Source of the DNA: Azolla caroliniana
Taxonomy: Eukaryota; Plantae; Polypodiophyta
Reading direction: 5' to 3'
DNA: 64,000 nucleotides
NCBI GenBank assembly: GCA_043228905.1
Contig: JBHGNT010000011.1
Coordinates: forward strand, 3,038,001 to 3,102,000
In this document: positions 52,803 through 64,000 of the stretch, in pieces
Layout: every line of letters starts with the position of its first letter
Position numbering within the stretch: position 1 is the stretch's first letter
Program-made: the position numbers and the translations under genes
The notes under the pieces: model-generated
What the model was told of the DNA's origin: nothing
The model's input: only the letters and a program-made list of their open reading frames with translations
Databases searched by the model: none

Positions 52803-52955
52803 TTCTAGAACATTCTAGAACATTCTAGAATATCCTAGAACATCTTAGAATATTCTAGGTCTAGAACATTCTAGATCATTATAGAAATCACTAGGCTATT
52901 CTATAGGAACCTATAAATATGGACATACAATTATTCTCAAACCAATTCGAATCAA
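52803..52955 (+). promoter_or_regulatory. LTR D promoter: long heat-shock-element array, TATA box 52912-52919, putative R start 52945
   Basis: TTCTAGAACATTCTAGAACATTCTAGAA followed by degenerate units with 10-bp periodicity. Confidence 0.75.
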
Positions 52956-53166
52956 CACCAGTCTTAAGCTTTCGTCACCTTTTTTGTATCCATCTTCATT
53001 CTATCTTACTAATACATTCATTCTTCTCTTATCACTTCATTCCTCTCTTCTCGTGATCTCTTTACATCTTTCTTCTACCACTCTATCTTTTCTCTTGGTT
53101 CTGACAGTTTGATTCGAATTTTCTCTCTCTCTCTCTCTTGGTGAAAACACACAATTATATTAATAA

Positions 53167-53205
<39 letters not shown>

Positions 53206-55619
53206 TGTGTGTCTCTCTCCATTATCCTCCTCTATAAACATCACGAAACATGGCTGCCATCAACTCGGAAGAATATCTCACCCTTGTTGCAGAAATGGAG
53301 AATATTAAATCCAAGTTCACATCTCTTGAATTAGAGAATCAATGTCTTCTTGGGGATCTACAAAAGGTTACTGTTGAGAAGAAACAACAACAAGAAGAGT
53401 TTACTCGATGGGTGCAACAATTAGAATCGACAATTGTAATTTTACAACAACAAAAGGTCGAAGGTCAAGGACGTATTAAGGAACCCAAAATCAGTCTCCC
53501 AGCTAAATTTGATGGTTCAAAGGCGCATTTCCGAGGTTTCTTGACTCAAGTGCGACTGGTAATCCAAATGCATCCCACGGGTTATCCGACAGATGCATCA
53601 CGAGTCGGGTTTGTGGGCACCTTATTGACTGGCATAGCGTTGTCATGGTTTGCTCCATTACTAGAGACAAATTCTCCTCTACTGCATAATTTTGAGGAGT
53701 TTGTCAAAGAATTTAAGGCTTGCTTCGGAGATACAAATGGGGCAAGAACGACAATAAACAAGATTCGTACACTACGTCAAGGTGATCAACCAACCTCAAC
53801 ATATGTAGCTAATTTTCGTCTCATCGCAAGCGATATTCCTTGGGATGAACAAGCCCTAATGGAGCAATTTCGTTCCGATCTTCGTAGTGATGTGAAGGAC
53901 TTACTTCTTACCTTCCCCGAGGATCCAAAATCCCTTACAGAAACTATTAGTCGAGCAATACAGTGTGATAATCTTCTTTTTGAGCGTCGATGTGAGTGAC
54001 AACAACAAATAACAAGATCAAGATACACACCAACTTATGCATAAGTAACGACGCAATCGTCTCCAAGGCAAACATATAGCCTTGCTCCAACCCCAAGGCA
54101 AACACGTAGCCCAGCCCCAATGGATAGGCCGACACCCATGGAGATCGATATGACCCAACGTCGAGGACCATTGTTGGACGAAGAGAATCAATGATGCCGA
54201 GCAAACCGTCTATGCTTATATTGCGGAGGTCCAGGACCTATAGCCATTCATAGCTCCCGTAGGCCAAGACATCAGGTAAATCAAATTCACTATGACAATA
54301 AAAATGAGTCCAACATTTTAGAAGCACTTAGTGGTTCTAATATTATGAATAATCCACCATTGTCCAATAAGTTTGAAGTCCTAAACCAATTAGAAGAGGA
54401 GTCAAACAAATAAGTCCGGCCAAAATAGGAACCATTTGGTTGGACAACCCTAGTTCTGTACAACCTAGTGTAGGTTCCATTTCATCCAAGCATGTTAGTA
54501 GAGTCTTCTCAGCCCAAGTACAAGTTAGAACACCAAGTTGCCAACTTCACGTCCAAGCCCTCTTAGATACCGGAGCCAATTCTTGTTTCATGGATAGAGA
54601 TTTTGCCCAAAAACATCAAATATCCTTGCACACACTTCCTTGCCCAGTTTCCGTAGTAGTAATTGATGGACGCCCCATAGCTTCCGGGAAGATATTCGAA
54701 GAGTTAGAGCCAATACAGATACTCTTAGGTGATTTAGGATGTGTAGTTTCCTTTAATATAATCCGTAGCCTCAAGCATCCAATTGTCCTTGGTTTGCCAT
54801 GGTTCAAGCTACATACCCACGAATAGATTGGAGGAGGCGAGAAATTTGGTGCCCTTCAGCAGAAAACATCATTGCTAAGGATCGACCAGTGCACCATCTC
54901 CTTTTCACCAAATCTCAACCATCACATTGCAACAATTATTCCAAGTGGGAGGAAAGAAGGAACTTTTCTTATTTGGAATATTAGTGACACCTTCTAGTGT
55001 GACTCAGGGGAATCCAGACATCCAAATTCCCGAAAAATATCAAGAATATGCTGATGTTTTCGACAAAGTCAAAGCTAGTGTACTTCCAAAGCATCATCCA
55101 TACGGTTGTCCCATTGACCTCCAACCAGGAAAAGAGCCATCGTGGGGTCCAATCTATAATCTATCACCAACTGAGCTTGAGGTTCATCGAGAATACATTG
55201 AGGAGAATCTTGCACATGGGTTTATTCGACATTCAAAATCTCCAGCCGGTGCTCCTATATTTTTTGTGAAGAAAAAGGACGAATCTCTTCGTTTGGTCGT
55301 GGACTATCAAGGATTAAATAAAGTCACCATAAGAAATAGGTATGCTCTTCCTTTAATCTCCAGTCTTTTAGAGCGCATTGGTGGGGCAAAACATTTTACA
55401 AAGATTGATTTAAGGGGTGCATATAATCTTGTTTGCATTCAACCGGGAGATGAGTGGAAAACGGCATTTCGCACTCGATATGGTCATTTCGAGTATACAA
55501 TCATGCCTTTCGGGCTCACAAATGCACCTCCAATTTTCCAACATATGGCAAATGACATTTTCCGGGATTTTTTGGATAGCTTTCTCATAATCTATTTAGA
55601 TGATTTGTTGATTTACTCT

Positions 55620-55935
55620 TGTTGAGAATCAAGCTCAACTTGGTCTAGTGTGTGAACTCACCTTGAGAGTGAATAGACACTCCAACGGTCAAGAGTCACC
55701 ATTAAGTCACCTCTTTGTATTCTAGCATTTAGTATGAGTCATAGAATCATATTCTATGACACATAACTTATGAGCTTTCACATTCCCCATGCTCCATGAG
55801 CCTTGTAGTTAATGAAGAGAGAGGGTGACTATATAAAGCACCCTCCTCCCACCTTGTATTGTGTTGTGTCTTTCTCCTTTGTTAATATACTTAACCTTGC
55901 GTATACTCTGTGTGTGTGTGTGTGTCTCTCTCCAT

Positions 55936-55994
<59 letters not shown>

Positions 55995-58900
55995 CACACC
56001 TATTCCGCTTCACAAGAATTCATCTGTTGATTCTTTACATGGTATCAGAGCGATTTGGTAGCTCGATCTAGCCCATTCGCCTCATCGTGATCGTGTGTTG
56101 TGCTCCACGCCGACGACCAAGAACCGGCTCATCGCTATCGTAGCTTTGCTACATAGCTCGCATTCGAAGAGAGAAGAAGAAGAAGAAGAATCGACATAAT
56201 GAATACTCAAATGGGGAGCGCTCTCCATACCGAGAAGTTGGATCGAAACAACTTCGCATCTTGGGAGTACAAATGCACCAATACCTTGTCGGACAAGGCT
56301 ATTGGAGCTACATCAAAGGAGCGCATGAAGACCGACCCGCCGAAGCGGCTCCCGGATACACGACATGGGAGCAAGCCGCAAGCCACGTGATGTATTGCTT
56401 GGCGACATGTGTTCACGATCACATGCTCGGCTACATTCGCGAAGCCAAGACGCTGAAGGAGGCATGGGAAAATCTACGAAAGATTTTCGTCGCCAACACG
56501 ACCGCGAGGAAGCTTCAACTCCGCCAAGAGTTGAACAACATTCAACAAAGGGACATGTCCATCACGACATACACCTTGAAGATCAAGGAGCTTTGCGACT
56601 CGCTCGGCTCAATAAGCGTAAGTATAGATGATGATGAGATGGTGCAAATATGCCTCGGTGGCCTCGCACCACGGTTCGACACGATGCGAACCGCCGTTCT
56701 AGCATGGGAGAAATCTCCCTCCTTCTTCGAGCTCCAATCAATGCTATTGGTCGAAGAAAACCATGTGCGTACAATGAGCAATGAGTCGGAAGGCCACATG
56801 CTCTACACGCACTCTAATGGAGGAAGAAGACGCTGTCGTAGTGTATTCCACACACTACGTGAAAACCATAAAATAATATATCCGATTTTAGATACCTATA
56901 AATAAATAAATAATATATCAAAATATTTATCACATGCATAAAGCAAGATTCAAACCCTATACCTCCACGTTGACAAACCCCAACCTTACCATTATGCTAC
57001 CTTATCTTTAGTGTTCTACAAATAGATTTAATAACTATAAGTGCTTTATTTGCACCTACCTTTATTAAAAGGTAAATCGTGCATTTTTAGAGTGCGTGAA
57101 TATTTTATAGAAAAACGCAAGCAACTAAAAAGTGACTCATGCACATCTAGCGTGCATGAGCACTATATTTAGCAAATAAAAGCAAGGATTAGAAAAGCAT
57201 CACATGCACATTTAGTGTGCATGAACATATTAGAAAAAAGCATGTAGCTATGCTTAGTCTCTCCCATCACTACATAAGGATGGGGAGCACAATGTAATAG
57301 GTGTGAAAAATATTTGGAAACTGGATATGTTTCTAAAAAACACCAATTAATAAACTATACTCGTGGGATTCACGAGAATTCTATATCATTCTCTTTCAAC
57401 CGAAGTTTATATTCTTATATTCATATTGATTAATCTAATACAATACACTCGTGGGATTCACGAGTTTGCTATAACTCTTTCTTACAACATATTTATATTC
57501 TTATTAGCCTTAAAACTCTCCTCTTCCTAGTCCAAAACCCTAGCGGTTCCCACCTGACTCACGCAACGATCTGGCGCCGAAAGGCACGACAACGCGAACG
57601 AGCGAGAGGCCGATTCGGCCAAGGACAAGGCAGACGAGGTCCAACCTATGACAACACGTCCCAATTTCGGTCGCAAAACAGAGGCCAACAAGGAACCTTC
57701 GCAAGAAGGGGGATCTTCTACTCCGGCCCGAGCCGTCAAAACGCAACCAAATGCGGATACTGCGGAAAGCTCGGCCACCACGAAGAAGGGTGTCGAAAGA
57801 AAATGCGTGAATCGGCTTCCACAAGCCGACAACTCACGAATTACGCACACAATTCCGACTATGAAGAGTATAGCGGAATGTACGGGAACAACTCTGACTA
57901 CGAAGATCGTGGCGGAATGTATGCATGCAACTCCGACCGTGGCGGAATGTTCATGATGAAACATAGAGCAAACTCTATGTCGGCCTCTACCTCAACTAGT
58001 GCCTCCGGTCCGGAAGATGTATGGTTCGTCAATTCCGGTGCCTCGAACCATATGACATCGCATCAAGAATGGTTCCGAGAACTTCGAGAGCTGGACCGAC
58101 CCGGCTATGTCGAAACCGGAGACGACACTACACACCCGATTCGGCACATCGGCAATGTTCCGTTCAGAAAAGAAGGTACTAAGCAAAATTACATTAAAAA
58201 TGTCTTGCATGTACCGACCATTACGAAGAATTTGGTCTCCGTCGGCCAAATTGTAGAGCAAGGGATGCAAGTTCGATTTAATCAAGGTGGTTGCTTCATT
58301 GAAAAAAGGGCCGACTCATCGCACGCAGACAAAGAGAGAGCCGAATGTTCATTCTCGACTCACACGAGATGAAGTCCGCCATGTTCGCAAAGGGCATGAA
58401 AGCCAACTCCGACATAGAGTTATGGCACAAGCGGATTGGCCATATAAATCTCCAAAAGCTCAAAGCAATGAAATCGAAAGGAGTTGTCATCGGACTCCCA
58501 ACATTCAAAGAGAAGGAGATTGAAGGTGTATGCGAAGCGTGCCAATTTGGCAAGCAACACCGACACCCATTCCCGAAAGAGCGGAACGTGAGCAAAGGTC
58601 TACTCGACGTAGTCCATTCCAATGTATGGGGACCGGCGCAGACGGCTACATTCGGCGGATGCCGATATTACGTGCTCTTTATCGACGACTTCTCTAGGCA
58701 CACTTGGATCTACCCAATGCGGCAAAAGAGCGAAGTGTTCGGACACTTCCAAACTTTCAAGAATGAAGTCGAGAAAACCACGGGCAGACATGTACGTTGT
58801 CTTCGATCGGATGGCGGCAAGGAGTACTTCTCGGACGACTTCACGGCGTATCTTCGAAAGGAAGGAATTCGGCGAGAATTCACTTGCCGACACACTCCGC

Positions 58901-61541
58901 AACAAAATGGAGTAGCCGAGCGCAAAAATCGGCACATCCTCGAAGTAGCGTGGGCCATGATGAACGAGAAGCATATGCCCAAGTCATATTGGGCCGAAGC
59001 TGCAAATACGGTCATCTACCTAATGAACCGGTGCACAACATCCGGCGTGCACGAGGTCACTCCGCACAAAAAATACTTCGGAAAGAAACTGGACTTATCG
59101 CACATCCGGATATTCGGCGTGATAGCATACGTGCACATCCCCGATGAGAAGCGTCAAAAGCTTGACCCGAAGTCGGAGAAATGTGTCCCCATAGGATACT
59201 CATTGGAGCAAAAGGGGTACAAGTGCTACAACCCTTCAACTCAAAAATCTCGAGTAAGTCGAGACGTCGTTTTTGATGAGTCCGCATCCTGGTACGCACC
59301 AGAGACAACTCCGACTCCGACTCCGCTTGACCCGGAATTCGCCGAAAAAGAGATCGAGGATGAAGAACGCCTTACGCGCATATTCAAAGAAAGTCCGATC
59401 ACGACCCGATTGAGCGGACCACAAGAGCCTTTGAGCGATCAAAGCACATCACGGCCTAGCCCGAAGATGGACAAAGGGAAGGCGAAAATGTCGAAATACG
59501 AAGACGATCGCTTCAACGACGATGAGTCGACTCACTCACTCGACAGTGAGTTGGCGGTTTCGAGGTACTAATCAGAGCTAAGAAAGCCCTCATCTCTGCA
59601 AATGAAAAACTCTGCCATTCCACCTGTGAAAAGAACCCCGTAAGACGATTCGGCTACAACGATTATATGGCATACCATTACGCCTTTATGATGAAGGTAG
59701 CGATAGTACGGGAGCCGGAAACCTTTTCGGAAGCCGCGAAGGACCCGCGATGGATTGAAGCAATGAACGAGGAGATGCAGGCACTACGGAAGAACGAGAC
59801 GTGGGATCTCATTCCCACCTCACCACACAAAAAGGCGATCAGATGCAGATGGATGTACAAGGTCAAGTATAACGCCGATGGCTCCATAAACCGCTACAAA
59901 TCTCGACTCGTAGCGAAAGGATACGCCCAAACGCACGGAGTTGACTACGAGGAGACCTTTGCCCCGGTGGCCAAGATGACAACGGTGCGGACCGTAATTG
60001 TGCTTGCCGCAGCGAAAGGGTGGCACCTCCATCAAATGGACATCAAGAACGCCTTTCTACAAGGCGAATTAGAAGAGGTGTACATGTAACAACCACCCGG
60101 CTTCAACTTGAGCACCCATCCGAAAGTTGTATGCCGACTCAAGAAGCCACTCTACGGCCTCAAGCAAGCACCGCGTGCTTGGCATTCGAAGATAACGCAA
60201 TATCTTCATCAAATCAGCTTCCGTATGTCAAAATCAGACAACTCTCTCTACATACGAAGCGATTCCGCAAGTTCGATTGTCATCATCTTATATGTGGATG
60301 ACCTAGTCATTGGAGGTGAGCATCTCGTCGAAATCAATAAGGTCAAATCCCTCGTTTTCGACAAGTTCGAGATGATGGACATGAAGGAGCTCCACTACTT
60401 CCTCGACATCGAGGTAATTCGGACTCCGGCCGGAATCATGATCTCTCAACGGCACTACATCCTCAACTTGTTATACAAGTTCGGAATGGCTGAGTGCAAA
60501 TCCGTGGCAACCCCGCTCGATCGTAATCTCAAACTAGATGCGAACTCCGGCACCAAAGCGTGTGAGCCGACTCAGTATCGGCAACTCATCGGGAGTCTCA
60601 TCTACCTCACGATCACTCGACCCGATCTCAGTTATCCGGTCGGTCTCCTTAGTCAATTCATGCAAACACCGCGTGAGACTCACTTGGATTGTGCTAAGCG
60701 AGTTCTACGATACGTGAGCGGCACAATGGATAGCGGCATCCTCTACAAGACCGCGATGCCAATACGCCTCAAGGGGTACACAAACACCAATTGGTCCGGC
60801 TACAAAGCCGATAGAAGATCAACCTCTGGATTTGTTTTATCCCTCGGTAGCGGAGCAATATCCTGGAGTAGCAAGAAGCAGCCTACTGTCACTCTTTCGA
60901 GTACGGAGGCGGAATACAGGGGCGCAGCCATAGCTGCGTGTGAAGCCGTATGGCTCAAGAGAATTTTGAAGGATCTGGGCGTACCCATCAAGGATCCGAC
61001 TTCCCTATACTGCGACAACATGAGCAATATCTATCTGGCTCGGAACCCGGTGTTCCACGCGCGGACAAAGCACATCGAAGTGCACTATCACTTCATCCGA
61101 GAGCGCGTTCTAGCTGGCGATGTTGACCTACAACACATTAGCACAAATCTTCAAACAGCCGACATCTTCACTAAAGCCTTAGGAGCCGACAAGTTGTGGC
61201 AATTCATGACCGATCTCGGATTGACGATCCCTGACCTGCCAAGCTTGAGGGGGAGTACTGAAGACATTACGCAATAATGCGTGGATTCTGCAAGCCGCGC
61301 ACACTACGCAAGAACGCATGGATTACGCAACCACGCAATGAAGCCGCGAAGAGCCAATCTACCGCGCAAAGCCGCGAAGAAAGACGCAAGCCGAAGCACA
61401 GACTTCGCAACTACGCACAATGCAAGCTGGAGCACGGATTCCGCAACTCCGCATAAAGCGAGTCGACACGAGTCGACACAGATTCCAGAACGCGAGTCGA
61501 AGCGGATTTCGGATACCGTCTAAAACCGACCCGACTTGAGC
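55620..61541 (+). mobile_element. Copia family C copy 2: 5' LTR 55620-56039, iMet PBS, gag-PR-INT-RT-RH; 3' LTR deleted
   Basis: ORFs 56261-56905, 57803-58372, 58345-59571, 59667-60089 and 60108-61277 carry the Copia motifs; inserted just after the YLDD motif of the family D RT. Confidence 0.93.
56834..57591 (+). mobile_element. Solo LTR of Gypsy family B with 4-bp TSD ACGC
   Basis: Termini TGTCGT...ACGACA; ACGC at 56830-56833 and 57592-57595 restores the Copia C gag (compare 14661-14690); homologous to the LTR at 19242. Confidence 0.88.
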
Positions 61542-61621
61542 ATCTTATCACTTCATTCCTCTCTTCTCATGATCTCTTTACATCTTTCTTCTACCACTCT
61601 ATCTTTTCTCTGGTTCTGACA

Positions 61622-62357
61622 CACGGTACCACATGTACCGTGGAACTTGAAACCGATTCCTGTGCGAAGAGCTCACATCCCGAAGTTGATCGACTTGTTC
61701 AAAGAAAATATTGACATGGGGATCCTCAAACCGTCGAGTGCCTCATATTCAAATCGGTGGTTCACAGTGCCGAAGAAGAACGACACATTGCACTTGCAAC
61801 CGGTCAACAAAGTGACCATTCAAAATGCAGGGGTCGGGCCGGCCATTGATGAATTCGTAGAGGCCTTTGCCGGAAGGTCGATCTACTCGGTTGGTGACTC
61901 GTACTCAGGGTATGACCAGTTCCAACTAGCCATTGAAAGCAGGGACATCATGGCGATGCAGACCCCTCTCGGCTTAGTTCAGATGTGCACCCTAATGCAG
62001 GGTGGGATGAATTCGGTGGCACACATGGTGAATGCAATGAACAAAGTACTGATGGATTGCATCCCGAACATCACCATGCCATTCTTGGATGACATCCTGA
62101 TAAAGGGGTGTTCGGAGGACGTAAAAGACGAGTCAGTCGGGGAGGACGGATGTTGGAAATTCATTGCCGACCACATCGCCGACTGCGAAAAAATACTGCA
62201 CCGGTTGGAAGGAGCACGACTTACCTTCTTGATGGAGAATTTTGCATTCAGGCAGTCGCTGATCGTGGTGGTCGGCCACCTATGCGGGCTGTATGGTTGA
62301 AAACCATCTCCAACAAAGGTTGAAGCCATTTCAACCATGAAGGAAGAATGTCGATCG
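61622..62357 (+). mobile_element. Gypsy family B-type RT fragment
   Basis: RAHIPKLIDL...GRSIYSVGDSYSGYDQFQL...PFLDDILIKG...VVGHLCG. Confidence 0.88.
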
Positions 62358-64000
62358 AGCATCGTCTTTTTCGACTTATAGTCGATGCTCCTGGTAGAGG
62401 AGAACCACACGGGTGCGTCTACAAGCATGCACGCCGACAACAGAATGTTGTACACGGAGGGAGATAGGCCTCGTGGACGTGGAGGACGAGGCGAGTCGGG
62501 GCGCAATGAAGGCGGCCGACGAGATCAAGGAAGAAGGCACCGAAGTGATGCCGACAGCAACTCCGGACCCTCCGGAAACAGGGGGAGTCGAAGCGATGAG
62601 AACCGGCAAGGGAAGGCCATCGCGGAGTGCTGGTATTGTGGCAAGAAAGGCCACAGGGAAAGTGAGTGCTGGAAGAAGCGCGCTGATTCGGAGGCAACTG
62701 GTTCCGGAAACGGCTCCGGACATACCCACAAGGGAAATCGGCAGCGATCGCACTACGCCAAAGACTCCAGGAGAGCTGGAGAAGGGTCTATCTTCGTGAC
62801 GAGACACGAAGCAAACTCAATGAAACAGAGCATCCCGAGATCGGATGAGGTGTAGTACGTAGACTCTGGTGCGTCAAACCACATGACGAGCCATAAGGAG
62901 TGGTTCTCGTACCTTGAAAAATTGATACAACCTGGAGTAGTCGCAACAGGAGACGACACTCCACATCTGATCGCGAATGTCGGAGAAGTTCCCCTTAGCC
63001 ATGTCGGGCAGAAAGGGAAACTCATGAATGTGCTGCACGTTCCGACAATCACGAAAAACTTGGTCTTGGTCGGACAGATCGTTGACCAAGGGATGGAGGT
63101 TCAGTTTACACACCTCGGGTGCTTCATTGAGGAAGAAGGCCGTGTGATTGTGCAAGGGCGCAGAGACGGGTGGATGTTCATCCTCGACTCCACTGACGGT
63201 GGCACTGCAATGTTCGCGAAGGGACAAAAGACCGAGTCGGACATCGACTTGTGGCACAAGCGGATAGGCCACGTCAACCACCAACGGCTTCAAGATCTGC
63301 AATCGAAACAGGTAGTATTCGGATTGCCCAAATTTAGTGGCCGAAAGGCACAAATTTGTGAAGCCTGCCAGCTCGGGAAGCAACACCGACTTCCTTTCCC
63401 AAACGAGCGAAATCGGAGCCGGAATAAGCTCGACCTTATACCCTCCGATGTATGGGGGCCGGCACAAAACGTTAGTCTTGGCGGGAGCCGATATTTCGTC
63501 TCCTTCATCGACGACCACATGCGGCACACGTGGATCTACCTCATTGAGAGGAAGAGCGAAGTCTTCGACTGTTTCCGGGACCTCAAAGGGTTCGTGGAAA
63601 CAGAAACGGGACGAAAGATCAAGTGTCTGCGGTCGGATGGCGGGAAAGAGTACTTTTCCGGTCAATTCAACGGTTATCTACAACAAATGGGAATTTGGCG
63701 CGAATTTAGTTGTAGATACACGCCAGAGCAGAACGGCGTGGCCGAGAGGAAGAATTGGTTAGTTGTGGAAGCGGCACGGGCAATGCTGGAGGAGAAGAGC
63801 TTGCCCAAGTTCTACTGGGCCGAGGCGGTAAGGACCGCGGTATACATCCAGAACCGGATCGGAGACAAAGTGTCGGCACACGAGCTATATTTCGGAACGA
63901 AGCCGAACTTGCGACACTTGAGGGTGTTCGGTAGCATTGCGTATGTGCATATACCGAAGGAGAAAAGGAGGAAGCTGGACGCAAAGGCCGAGAAATGCAT
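62358..64000 (+). mobile_element. Copia family E-like gag end, protease and integrase (runs off the window)
   Basis: SMLLVEENH...CWYCGKKGHRESEC...VDSGASNHMT...LWHKRIGH...CEACQLGKQ...LRSDGGKEY; collinear with 30330-31970. Confidence 0.9.

Larger units (their letters stand above)
52656..61621 (+). mobile_element. Tcn1/sushi-like chromovirus (family D) copy 2 with TSD CACGG: 5' LTR 52656-53106, gag-PR-RT to 55619, 3' LTR remnant 61542-61621
   Basis: CACGG at 52651-52655 and 61622-61626 restores the host frame VIFT|VPHVPWNLKP. Gag 53250-54413; LLDTGA protease; RT PIYNLS...LRGAYNL...KTAFRTRYGHFEY...YLDD. 61542-61621 matches the 5' LTR end. Confidence 0.92.

Noticed and set aside
57572-57580. TGGCGCCGA as a PBS
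   Set aside because: It lies inside the LTR end defined by the TSD; the family PBS is the Trp-type site at 12297.

Overview
Eukaryotic plant genomic DNA; the repeat families and long (CT)n/(CA)n tracts suggest a seed-free plant such as a fern or lycophyte (inference only). Two host genes are supported. One is the 3' part of a DCD (Development and Cell Death) domain gene (+, exons 3-575, 999-1115, 1221-2069). The other is a complete two-exon DUF1685-family gene (-, 43183-41989 and 40556-40477) with a telo-box-rich intron. The rest is mostly nested, decayed transposons: four Ty1/Copia LTR families (A, C, E, F here), a Tcn1/sushi-like chromovirus (D), an FLDD-type Gypsy (B), LINEs and a CACTA fragment. 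Many pieces are joined by microhomology deletions, and there is one TSD-supported inversion. The most interesting signals are in the Gypsy LTRs. Family D LTRs carry, in order, an antisense tRNA-like A/B-box module, a heat-shock-element array and a TATA box, followed by an 11-nt R-start that is perfectly complementary to the PBS and co-varies between copies (Tf1-type self-priming). The unrelated family B LTRs also carry an antisense tRNA-like module, and one copy holds a block shared with Copia-A LTRs. All coordinates and alignments were done by eye, without database searches.
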